Below are positions 48,367 to 56,572 of a stretch of DNA of 64,000 bases, piece by piece. Within the stretch, counting starts at the first letter, position 1; the number at the start of each line of letters is the position of its first letter. Both the position numbers and the translations under genes were made by a program. The notes under the pieces were generated by a model. The model searched no databases, was not told where the DNA came from, and saw nothing but the letters and a program-made list of their open reading frames with translations. Origin of the DNA: an uncultured Chloroflexia bacterium (lineage in GTDB: Bacteria; Chloroflexota; Limnocylindria; Limnocylindrales; CSP1-4). Location: assembly GCA_963713975.1 (NCBI GenBank), contig OY970218.1, positions 1,632,001 to 1,696,000 of the forward strand, read 5' to 3'.

Positions 48367-49229
48367 ACGACGAGCTCGTCATCAACCTCTGCCCGACCGG
48401 CATGGTGCCCACGAGAGCCGACACGCCACATGTGCCGTTGACGGCCCAGGAGGTTGCCGCCGACGTTCGCCGCTGCGCCGACGCGGGCGCCTCCATCGTC
48501 CATATCCACCCCCGGGATGCCGAGGGTCGCCCGTCGCAGGATCCCGCACTGGCGGCCGAGTTCATCCGCGCCGTCCGCGTGGCCGCCCCGGGCATCGTTG
48601 TCTGCATCACGACGAGCGGCCGCATCCGGCACGAGCTCGAAGGCCGTGTTCAGGTCCTGGACCTCGAGGGCGATGCCAGGCCGGAGATGGCGAGCCTCAC
48701 CCTCGGATCGCTGAACTTCCCGAAGGCCGCCTCGATCAACGCCCCCGAGACGATCCAGGGCCTGGCCACCCGGATGCGGGAACGGGGGATCGTGCCGGAG
48801 CTGGAGATCTTCGATGCCGGCATGCTCGACTACGCGCAGTACCTGCGGGATCGGGGCGTGCTCGGCGGCCCGGTCTACGCGAACATCCTCCTCGGTTCCC
48901 TGGGAACGCTCGCCGCGACCCCGTTCAACCTGGCCCTGCTGGTCGAGCGCCTGCCGCCGGGCTCGGTGTGGGCCGCAGCTGGCATCGGCCGGTACCAGTT
49001 CCTGATGAACCGGATCGCCATCGCGATGGGCGGCGGCGTTCGGGTCGGACTGGAGGACAACATCTGGTTCGATGACGACCGCACGGAGCTCGCGACGAAC
49101 CCCCGCCTCGTGGAACGCCTGGTCGCGATCGCGAGGGCGATGGGCCGCGAGCCGGCGACTCCCGACCAGGTGCGGGAGCGGCTGGCCATCACCGCACCCG
49201 TCGCTGCCCCCGCGGCGCGGCCGGGATGA
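48363..49229 (+). CDS. beta-keto acid cleavage enzyme (BKACE/DUF849, Kce family)
   Basis: PHVPLT, AGASIVHIH, SLTLGSLNF, PELEIFD, VRVGLEDN; GTGA overlap with the acyltransferase. Confidence 0.92.
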   Translation: MNDELVINLCPTGMVPTRADTPHVPLTAQEVAADVRRCADAGASIVHIHPRDAEGRPSQDPALAAEFIRAVRVAAPGIVVCITTSGRIRHELEGRVQVLDLEGDARPEMASLTLGSLNFPKAASINAPETIQGLATRMRERGIVPELEIFDAGMLDYAQYLRDRGVLGGPVYANILLGSLGTLAATPFNLALLVERLPPGSVWAAAGIGRYQFLMNRIAIAMGGGVRVGLEDNIWFDDDRTELATNPRLVERLVAIARAMGREPATPDQVRERLAITAPVAAPAARPG

Positions 49230-49263
49230 CGCCCGCGCCGTCCGGCCCGGTACCCTGCGCGCC

Positions 49264-50226
49264 ATGACCCTGATCCACCGCCTGCTCCTGTCCATGACCC
49301 TGGTCGGCCTGCTGCTCGGGCTCCTGGCGCCCGCTGCCTCCGCAGCGTCGCCGGCCTTCCCGGTCCAGAGCCTGGGAAACCGGGGCACGGACGTGGAGGC
49401 CATCCAGTGGCTCCTCGCCGGTCGTGGATCCCCGGTTGCCGCGGACGGGGTGTTCGGCACGACGACCGCCGCTGCCGTGAAGGCCTTCCAGACCAGCGCC
49501 GGGCTCACCGCCAACGGGATCGTCGGCGACGGCACCTGGAAGGCGCTGATCCGGCCCCTTCGGACGGGCGACTCCGGCCCTGCCGTCAAGGCCCTCCAGG
49601 GAGAGCTCCGCGCCAAGCGTCGCCTCGACGTCCCCGTTGATGGGGTGTTCGGGCCGTCCACCCGTGCCGCGGTCCGCACGTTCCAGGCGCACGCGGGACG
49701 ACCGGTGACAGGCGAGGTGACCCGTTCGACATGGCGCAGGCTGATCGCGCACTTCGAACTGCCGACGTTCAACGGCAAGTCATTGTGCGACTACAGCGTC
49801 GGCAACGCGGCGGCGAACTGGGGAACGGCGTCGACCATCGGCCAGGTGGAGGCCGCTGCCCGGATCGTGGCCGCGAAGGGCTACGGTCGCGTGGTGGTCG
49901 GCGACGTGAGCCGTGAGCACGGCGGCGACATCTCCCTCCACCAGACCCACGAGGTCGGCCTGGACGTCGACCTCCGGTTGATGCGCAAGGCGGACGACCA
50001 GTGCCGCTGGGGTGTCAACTGGCGCTGGTCCACCTACGACCGAAAGGCCACCAGGGCGCTCGTGAAGGCAATCCGGGCCACGGCCCCCGGCCACGTCAAA
50101 CTGATCTACTTCAACGATCCGGTCCTGATCCGTGATGGCCTGACCCGCCCGTACCCGGGTCATGACGACCACCTCCACGTGCGCTACTGCGAGAAGAGCC
50201 ACCCGCTCGCCAAGTACGACTGCTGA
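49264..50226 (+). CDS. secreted peptidase: two PG-binding domains plus a MepA-like murein endopeptidase
   Basis: Signal peptide, DGVFG..T..AV..FQ twice, HQTHEVGLDVD, HDDHLHVR. Confidence 0.88.
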   Translation: MTLIHRLLLSMTLVGLLLGLLAPAASAASPAFPVQSLGNRGTDVEAIQWLLAGRGSPVAADGVFGTTTAAAVKAFQTSAGLTANGIVGDGTWKALIRPLRTGDSGPAVKALQGELRAKRRLDVPVDGVFGPSTRAAVRTFQAHAGRPVTGEVTRSTWRRLIAHFELPTFNGKSLCDYSVGNAAANWGTASTIGQVEAAARIVAAKGYGRVVVGDVSREHGGDISLHQTHEVGLDVDLRLMRKADDQCRWGVNWRWSTYDRKATRALVKAIRATAPGHVKLIYFNDPVLIRDGLTRPYPGHDDHLHVRYCEKSHPLAKYDC

Positions 50227-50316
50227 TCTCCCGACACAGGTATCCGATGGCGCTGCTCGCAAGACGGGGCCTGGGACCGCTCGTGTCGGCCCGCGAGGTC
50301 GGCGGCGTGGGCCCGG

Positions 50317-50445
50317 TCACAGCCGGACGTCGGACTCCATCCATTCGCGGCTGGCGCCCACTTCCACCGTGGCGATCGCCACCCGCCTGGCCCGGCCCCA
50401 ACGATCGAGCTCACCATCGGGCGCCAGCGACACACAGACCACCAT
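50317..50445 (-). pseudogene. truncated NifB/NifX (FeMo-co binding domain)-like fragment
   Basis: Hand translation MVVCVSLAPDGELDRWGRARRVAIATVEVG... stops after 42 aa. Confidence 0.5.
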
Positions 50446-50528
50446 CGATCGGATTTCTTCCGAATCGATTCCTCGGGGCCGCGATCCCGACGTGGACGAG
50501 GACCTCGGCCGAGATGGTCACACGTCGG

Positions 50529-50864
50529 TCAGGGCGTGGAGTCCCGATCCGGTCCGACCCGCACGGCGAGGAACGCGAGGCGGGTCTCGGCCTCGAAACC
50601 GCGCGTTGAACCCTCCGGGGCGATCACCGTCACACCCGCACTCAACGGGTAGCGCGCCGCGTCGACGGTCATGAACCCGGAGCCATCGAGGACGTGGTAC
50701 AGGCCGAGACGCTCCGGGTGCGGTGGGATCCGACCTCCTGCCTCGAGCCCGGCCACAAGCGCCTTGTGCCCCGGCCCCGCGCGGAGGGTCGTCATCTCAG
50801 GGCCGGCCATCGAGTAGCGGACGAGCCCACGCCAGTCGGGGAAGAAGATCGAGTCGTCCATCAT
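50529..50864 (-). CDS. cupin domain protein
   Basis: LEAGGRIPPH, YHVLDGSG; AAGGA SD. Confidence 0.82.
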   Translation of the reverse strand: MMDDSIFFPDWRGLVRYSMAGPEMTTLRAGPGHKALVAGLEAGGRIPPHPERLGLYHVLDGSGFMTVDAARYPLSAGVTVIAPEGSTRGFEAETRLAFLAVRVGPDRDSTP

Positions 50865-50881
50865 CTGGTTTCCTTGTTCTG

Positions 50882-50911
50882 GGCCCCCGGGGGGGCGCCC
50901 GCCCGGGGGCC
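50882..50911. other. GC-rich stem-loop between the small ORF and the cupin gene
   Basis: ggcccccggg...cccgggggcc. Confidence 0.5.
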
Positions 50912-50946
50912 AGGTGCCGACGGGGCGTGTCGGGGTGCCGTCTACC

Positions 50947-51036
50947 TCAGCCGCGGTTGCGGCTAGCGCAGACGCGTCGCTTGACCGCCAGGATCGGGCA
51001 GTGGTCGCTGTGGAACTGGACCAGCTTGTGTCGCAT
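50947..51036 (-). CDS. putative 29-aa His/Cys peptide
   Basis: GAGGGAG SD 4 nt before the ATG; MRHKLVQFHSDHCPILAVKRRVCASRNRG. Confidence 0.4.
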   Translation of the reverse strand: MRHKLVQFHSDHCPILAVKRRVCASRNRG

Positions 51037-51110
51037 GGGACTCCCTCTTCGATGGACCGCCGCACATGAGGCGTTGGCGGTCACCGTTGCACGGAGTGCG
51101 CGGGGAGGAC

Positions 51111-51147
51111 GTGGAACTGGTTCCACCCGATGGGAGGAGTTCCTCCC
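51111..51147. promoter_or_regulatory. two perfect 7-2-7 inverted repeats, centres 21 bp apart
   Basis: GTGGAAC-tg-GTTCCAC and GGGAGGA-gt-TCCTCCC. Confidence 0.55.
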
Positions 51148-51156
51148 CTCGCACCG

Positions 51157-51194
51157 GGGCCCAGTCACGCCGGGCCCAGTCACGCCGGACCCAG
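51157..51194. repeat. 15-bp tandem repeat, about 2.5 copies
   Basis: gggcccagtcacgcc x2 followed by ggacccag. Confidence 0.8.
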
Positions 51195-51250
51195 ACGTCA
51201 TGGCCCGACGCATCCGCCCGACCCGCCGTTCAGCCGATCGAGGTGACCCG

Positions 51251-53554
51251 CTACACCCGTGCCTCGCCGTGGACGTCAACTTGCGACACCGGGCCTTCAG
51301 GAGTGTGGCCCTCACCCTCGATGTCCACGCTCGGCAGGATCCGGTCGAGCCACCGCGGCAGCCACCAGGCTCGCTCGTCGAGCAGGCTCATGATGGCGGG
51401 CCCGAGCGTCATCCGGACCAGGAACGCGTCGATGACGACGCCGACCGCGAGCGCGAAGCCGAACTGCTTGATCATCGGGTCCTCGCTGAGGATGAAGCTG
51501 GCGAAGACCGAGGTCATGATGACTGCCGCCGCGACGACGACCCGGTTCGTGTGGTCGAAGCCATGGATGATGGCTTGCCGTGCGGGCTTGCCGTGGACCC
51601 GGGCCTCGCGCATCGAGCTGACGAGGAAGACCTCGTAGTCCATCGCCAATCCGTAGAGGATGCCGGTGACCATGATCGGCAGGAAGCTGAGCAGCGGCCC
51701 GCTCGTGTCGATACCGACGAGATCCGTCAGCCAGCCCCACTGGAACACCGCCGTCGTCAGCCCGAAGGTCGCCGCGATGCTGAGCAGGAACCCGGCCGTC
51801 GCCTTGATCGGGATGACGGCCGATCGGAAGACGAGCAGCAGCAGGATCAGTGACAGCCCGACGATGATCGCGACGTACTCGGGCAGCACACCGCCAAGTC
51901 GTTCCGAGATGTCGATGTTGACCGCAGTCAGGCCGGTGACGCCGAGCGTGACATCCGCCCTGGTGGCGACGGCCGAGTCCGGACTGCGGAGCGTCTCGAC
52001 GAGCTGAGCCGTGCTCTCGGCGTCCGGGCCGTGTTCCGGAATGACCGAGAAGATCGCCAGGGAGCGGTCGGGGCTGGCACCCACGAGGGAGACCGCGGCC
52101 ACGTCGCCGATCCCCTTGAGCCCGGTGGTGATCGCGCCGATGTCCTGCTGGTCGAGCGTGGCACCGTCGCCCGGGTTGGCGACGACGATGAGCGGTGCGT
52201 TGAAGCCCTCGCCGAAGCCACGGGTGATCGCGTCGTAGCTCTGCCGTGAGGTGCTGGCGAGGCTGTCCGTGGCGCCGGTCGGCATCCCGAGGTACATGCT
52301 CAGGGCCGGGACGGCGGCAAGCGTGAGGACCACGAGGACACCAGCGATCGCGACCCACGGGCGCCGGACGAGGAAGCCGACCCACCGGTTGGCGAGGTGC
52401 CGCTCCTCTTCCGAGGCCATGGCACGGCCGGCGGCTCTCGCCCTGGTCGAGCAGATTCGCTCGCCGACGAGCCCGAGCAGGGCGGGCAGCAGGGTGAGCG
52501 CGATTAGGACGGCGAGCGCGACTGTCGTGGCCGCGACGAGGGCCATCGTCGTGAGGAACCCGATGCCGATGATCGTCAGGCCGGCGAGCGCGATGATGAC
52601 GGTGGATCCCGCGAAGACAACAGCAGTACCGGCCGTGGCGACGGCCCGGGCGGTCGCATCGGCGGCGCTCAGGCCGTCGATGAGGATGAGGCGCCGCTGC
52701 CGGTTGACGATGAACAGGGCGTAGTCGATCCCGACCGCGAGCCCGATCATGAGGGCGAGCGCCGGCGTCGCGGTCGTCAGGGTGATGCTCCCGGAGAGGG
52801 CGAACGCCCCACCCACGCCGATGGCCACACCGGTCAGTGCGGTGATGATGGGCAGACCAGCGGCCCAGAGCGAGCCGAGGGTCATGAGCAGGACGAGCAG
52901 GGCGATCCCCAGGCCGATGGCCTCGTGCCCACTGATCGGCGGGTGCAGCGCCTCGAGTGACTTGCTCGGCAGCGCGGTGATCCCGGAAGCCGTCGTGTTG
53001 TGCTCAGCGATGGCGACGATGTCGTCGGTCGTGCCCTCGGGCAGCGCGTCGACCTGGGTGGTGAACTGCAGCTGGAGCATCGCGACACTGCCGTCAGTGG
53101 AGACGAGGACTCCCGGGACGGGCGAGCCGTCAGCCATGAGCGGGCGGTAGGGGAGGGCCGCGTCCATGGCGCCCGCAGCGTTCGGTGCCGTGTTGTTCGT
53201 GGCAGCTGCGCCTGCGGTCGCAGTCGGCGGACGCTTGACGACGACCGGCAACGCTCCAATTTCTCTGGCGGCGCCGCCAATTGCCGTGGCGCGCTCACCC
53301 TGGTCGAGCCGCTCGCCCTCGGGGACGGTGAAGACGATGGTGCCCTGCCCACCGCTGGCTGCCGGCAGTTGCTCACGCAGCTGGTCGAGGACCTGCTGGC
53401 TCGGCGTGCCGTCGATCGTCAGGCTCGAGGAGATGCGTCCGCCGCCCGTGGCGGCGAACCCGATGACGCTGCCGAGGATGAGCAGCCAGGCGATCACGAA
53501 GACCCGGGGTCGCCGAACGGCGAGCTCGCCGAGCCGATACAGGAACTTGGACAT
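51251..53554 (-). CDS. MMPL family RND transporter
   Basis: GLAVGIDYALF, YGLAMDYEVFLVSSMRE, AWWLPRWLDRILP. Confidence 0.95.
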   Translation of the reverse strand: MSKFLYRLGELAVRRPRVFVIAWLLILGSVIGFAATGGGRISSSLTIDGTPSQQVLDQLREQLPAASGGQGTIVFTVPEGERLDQGERATAIGGAAREIGALPVVVKRPPTATAGAAATNNTAPNAAGAMDAALPYRPLMADGSPVPGVLVSTDGSVAMLQLQFTTQVDALPEGTTDDIVAIAEHNTTASGITALPSKSLEALHPPISGHEAIGLGIALLVLLMTLGSLWAAGLPIITALTGVAIGVGGAFALSGSITLTTATPALALMIGLAVGIDYALFIVNRQRRLILIDGLSAADATARAVATAGTAVVFAGSTVIIALAGLTIIGIGFLTTMALVAATTVALAVLIALTLLPALLGLVGERICSTRARAAGRAMASEEERHLANRWVGFLVRRPWVAIAGVLVVLTLAAVPALSMYLGMPTGATDSLASTSRQSYDAITRGFGEGFNAPLIVVANPGDGATLDQQDIGAITTGLKGIGDVAAVSLVGASPDRSLAIFSVIPEHGPDAESTAQLVETLRSPDSAVATRADVTLGVTGLTAVNIDISERLGGVLPEYVAIIVGLSLILLLLVFRSAVIPIKATAGFLLSIAATFGLTTAVFQWGWLTDLVGIDTSGPLLSFLPIMVTGILYGLAMDYEVFLVSSMREARVHGKPARQAIIHGFDHTNRVVVAAAVIMTSVFASFILSEDPMIKQFGFALAVGVVIDAFLVRMTLGPAIMSLLDERAWWLPRWLDRILPSVDIEGEGHTPEGPVSQVDVHGEARV

Positions 53555-53649
53555 GGGCGGAGTGACCCCTTTCCGGGATGGGCGCGGCGAGGCGGGGGGC
53601 GAGTGGCCGCCACGTGGCGCGGGATGGGTGGTGCCGGTCGGATACCCGG

Positions 53650-54267
53650 TTAGAACCCGGTGCGCAGGTAGGTGAAGGTCTGGTCGAGGAACTCGTCGAG
53701 CGTCATTTCGGCCTCGTCAATTCCTGGCGCGGAAGTCCGGGATGGCGCGTCGTCGGGCCGGATCGAGATGTGACCCTCGAGCACGCAGGTCAGGGCCCCG
53801 TAGGCCGCTCCGACGAGCAGTTGCGCGGAGACGCGACGAGCGCGGTCGTCCAGTCGGGCGATGACGGTCTCGCGCGCAGTCTCGCGGATCTGGCGATGGA
53901 CCTCGAGCAGGTGGGGCAGCAGTGACGGGTGGTCAGCGGCAAGAATCCGCAGCTCGCACAGGACGGTGAGCAGCCCGCCGGTCAGCTGCCGCCGGGCTAC
54001 CTCGTGGAGCCAGTCGACGAGGGGCAGGTCATCATCCGGGATGGTGTCAAGGGCGTGGCGCACCCGCTCGGTGGCGACCGCAACGATGGCCTCGTTCTTG
54101 CCGGCGTAGTGGTTGGCGAAGGTTCGCCGCGAGTAGCCGGCACGCGCGGACACCTCGTCGATCGTGAAGCCGTCGACGCCTCGATCGCGGGCGAGCTCGA
54201 AGGCGGCCAGGGCCAGCGCTTGGGCGGTCGCTTCCCGCTTGGATTCTCGCAGTCCGATCTCAGTCAC
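53650..54267 (-). CDS. TetR/AcrR family regulator
   Basis: GLRESKREAT...TIDEVSARAGYSRRTFANHY; AATACT 6 nt before GTG. Confidence 0.92.
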   Translation of the reverse strand: MTEIGLRESKREATAQALALAAFELARDRGVDGFTIDEVSARAGYSRRTFANHYAGKNEAIVAVATERVRHALDTIPDDDLPLVDWLHEVARRQLTGGLLTVLCELRILAADHPSLLPHLLEVHRQIRETARETVIARLDDRARRVSAQLLVGAAYGALTCVLEGHISIRPDDAPSRTSAPGIDEAEMTLDEFLDQTFTYLRTGF

Positions 54268-54288
54268 GCCTGGAGTATTGCACGGTAA

Positions 54289-54320
54289 TTGCCCAATGTG
54301 CAATCTTGCCCAATGTGCAG
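54289..54320. promoter_or_regulatory. tandem palindromic operator, probably TetR autoregulation
   Basis: ttgcccaatgtgcaa and ttgcccaatgtgcag with a 17-bp period, over the tetR promoter. Confidence 0.65.
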
Positions 54321-54463
54321 TCACGTTGTCTTTCGTCAGGCAACGTGCGCAGCATGGGAGTGCTCTCCGGATCGGTCCCCTCGAAGTGAGGCGCGGGGAT
54401 CACCGTCTCACGGAGCGCTCCGCGGGCACTTGGACTTGTTCCTCCCATGGGAGAAGTCCGTCC

Positions 54464-55222
54464 CTAGCGCCCGCTGCCGTGGACATCGTCCACATCGATG
54501 CCCGCTGCCGCGCGCAGGCCACTCGGGTCGTGGAGGACGAGCCCGGTGCCGCCGACCCGAGAGATCAGACCGCGCTGCTCGAAGTCACGGATCACGCGTC
54601 CCGCCATCTCCCGGGACGTGCCGGCGAGGTCGGCAAGCTGCGGACGCGAGAGGAGAGGCCTCCGGGCGTCGAACAGCAGCTCCCGACGCATCCAGAGGAT
54701 CGCGGCGAGACGCCGCGAGACGCTGTCGAAGCTCACGTGCTCCAGGCGGTTCAGGAGCCGCACAGCGCTTCGCAGGGCATTGTCGAGAAGTCCTACCGCG
54801 AGACCGGCATCCACCCGGGCAAGGGCCATGACGACATCGCCCGGCCAGAGCGCTGCAGTACCGCGGTTGAGCCCGACGAGGTCCACGGATGGCGCGTCTC
54901 GCCGCAGCGAGATGACCCCGACCAGCTCTCCCGGGCCGGCGATCGTGATCATCTGCCGGCGGCCGTTGGCGTCGGATCGAACCGCACCGAGATGACCTTC
55001 CACCACCAGGGTGAGCAAGGGGTCACGACTCTGGGACAGGACCTGCTCATGTCGCCGGAACGGCCGGATCTGCGCATGGCGGACGAGCGCCACGAGCGAG
55101 TGCTCGGCTGCCTCGGGCAGCACGGTCGGCAGTGCCGTCTCGAGCGCCGCAAGCGCAGCCCGCCGGTCGTGGGCGATGCCGTGGGGCGATGGAGCCTCGA
55201 GAGATCTCACGGTGGCGTCCAT
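54464..55222 (-). CDS. Crp/Fnr family transcriptional regulator
   Basis: Cyclic-nucleotide-binding-like domain (GPGELVG), then LSRPQLADLAGTSREMAGR HTH. Start uncertain. Confidence 0.85.
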   Translation of the reverse strand: MDATVRSLEAPSPHGIAHDRRAALAALETALPTVLPEAAEHSLVALVRHAQIRPFRRHEQVLSQSRDPLLTLVVEGHLGAVRSDANGRRQMITIAGPGELVGVISLRRDAPSVDLVGLNRGTAALWPGDVVMALARVDAGLAVGLLDNALRSAVRLLNRLEHVSFDSVSRRLAAILWMRRELLFDARRPLLSRPQLADLAGTSREMAGRVIRDFEQRGLISRVGGTGLVLHDPSGLRAAAGIDVDDVHGSGR

Positions 55223-55566
55223 CGTGCCACAGGGGGCCGCGCCCGAGTGCTCCGTCGCGGGGCGGCCGCCCGTGCCGAAGTGGGCCTGGGGAGTTCCCCG
55301 GCTGCTGCACGTGTCGGCGTACATCAAGCCCGAGGAGAACCTGAGCGCGAGGGACGAGCTGGGTCCGCTGCTTGGCCGGCCGCCAACGCAGCCGGACAGA
55401 GATGCACGTTCCGCGGCAGGAGTGGAACCCGTTCCTCTCGGACGGCCCCACGGCGCCCTGATGCTCGACGAGCACTTCGCGGTTCCGGCCTGACCCAGTC
55501 AGGGTTGTGGATGCAACTGGCTCCGCAGCCAAGCGGGGCTTTCGATATACAGCCAGGAGATACGTA

Positions 55567-55854
55567 ATGGACAAGGATGTTGGCAAGTTCCTCCGCAAAT
55601 ACCTGCGCAAGACCCACCGCTGGCTGGCGCTCCCATTCGCCGCATTGATCGTGGCGGTGCTCCTGACTCGCGGCTCGTCGCTCGGCCTGGCGGTCCAGCA
55701 GACGCAACAGGTACTCCTGTTGGTCATGGCCCTGACCGGCCTGTACCTCTTCCTACTGCCGTGGTGGACGAGGTGGAAGAGGGGCCGAGGTGGTGTCGAG
55801 GGATCGCAAGCGCGACGAGCGCACGCCCGGGGGGAAGAGTCGGCCGGCAGCTGA
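55567..55854 (+). CDS. small 2-TM protein (PepSY_TM-like)
   Basis: AGGAG SD; RKTHRWLAL and LTGLYLF. Confidence 0.7.
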   Translation: MDKDVGKFLRKYLRKTHRWLALPFAALIVAVLLTRGSSLGLAVQQTQQVLLLVMALTGLYLFLLPWWTRWKRGRGGVEGSQARRAHARGEESAGS

Positions 55855-56572
55855 TCCAGCGTGGATCCCGCACGCGGGTGAGGGCGTCGGGGATCGCCCC
55901 CCAGCTCCTCGCGGGCTGGATTGGATCGTCCAGCACACGCCTTCGCTTCGTGCGTGAGACGAAGCCCGAGGAACCGCTGCCTGAGAGCCTCTACGCGGCC
56001 CGCGAGGTCGTCGCTGATCACGAGACGCCCGCCGTGCGGCCCACGCCCGACGAGGCGGATGCCCCCAGGAAGGATGTCGAAGTCCCCGTCACCGGTCATC
56101 TTGGGAGGGGCTTGAGCGGGCTCATGCTGTCGTCGGCCGTCGTGGTGTTCTCCGTGTCGTCGGTTTCTGACCTCCAGCGACGCGAGGATTATGCGGCGGC
56201 CGATCCCGTCAACCGCCGTCCCGCCGTGACACCAGCCTGAGAACGCGACCCGCTGCAGGGGCACCCGGTGCCGGCCCATCGGACGGGTCCAACAGGTGCT
56301 CGGACCGCCCCCCCTCGTCCGAAAGCTCGACCACCTGGCATGCCCCCGCCCTCGAGGGCTGGCCGTCACGAGTGTGCCAGCCTGTCGCGGGCGAGATCCT
56401 CGGCGCGCCCGGGGAGCCTCGACCTGCGTTGGGTTTGAGACGCAACGATGAAGGCGAAGCACGACTCTGGAGTGGCCTGAAGGCCGGCGGGACCCGGCCT
56501 CCTCATCCGTTCTGTGTGGGCGGCCTACCATTCCTCGCCATATGTGGAACTAGCAGCACGAAGGCGTCCCGA

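Noticed and set aside
55860-56570. ORFs and a TTGACG...TAATCCT promoter-like signal between the small TM gene and the MFS gene
   Set aside because: No recognisable product in any frame, and the SD lacks a start codon; probably decayed sequence.
50227-56570. Mobile element or genomic island
   Set aside because: It looks patchy and slightly more AT-rich by eye, but there is no integrase, transposase, tRNA or terminal repeat.
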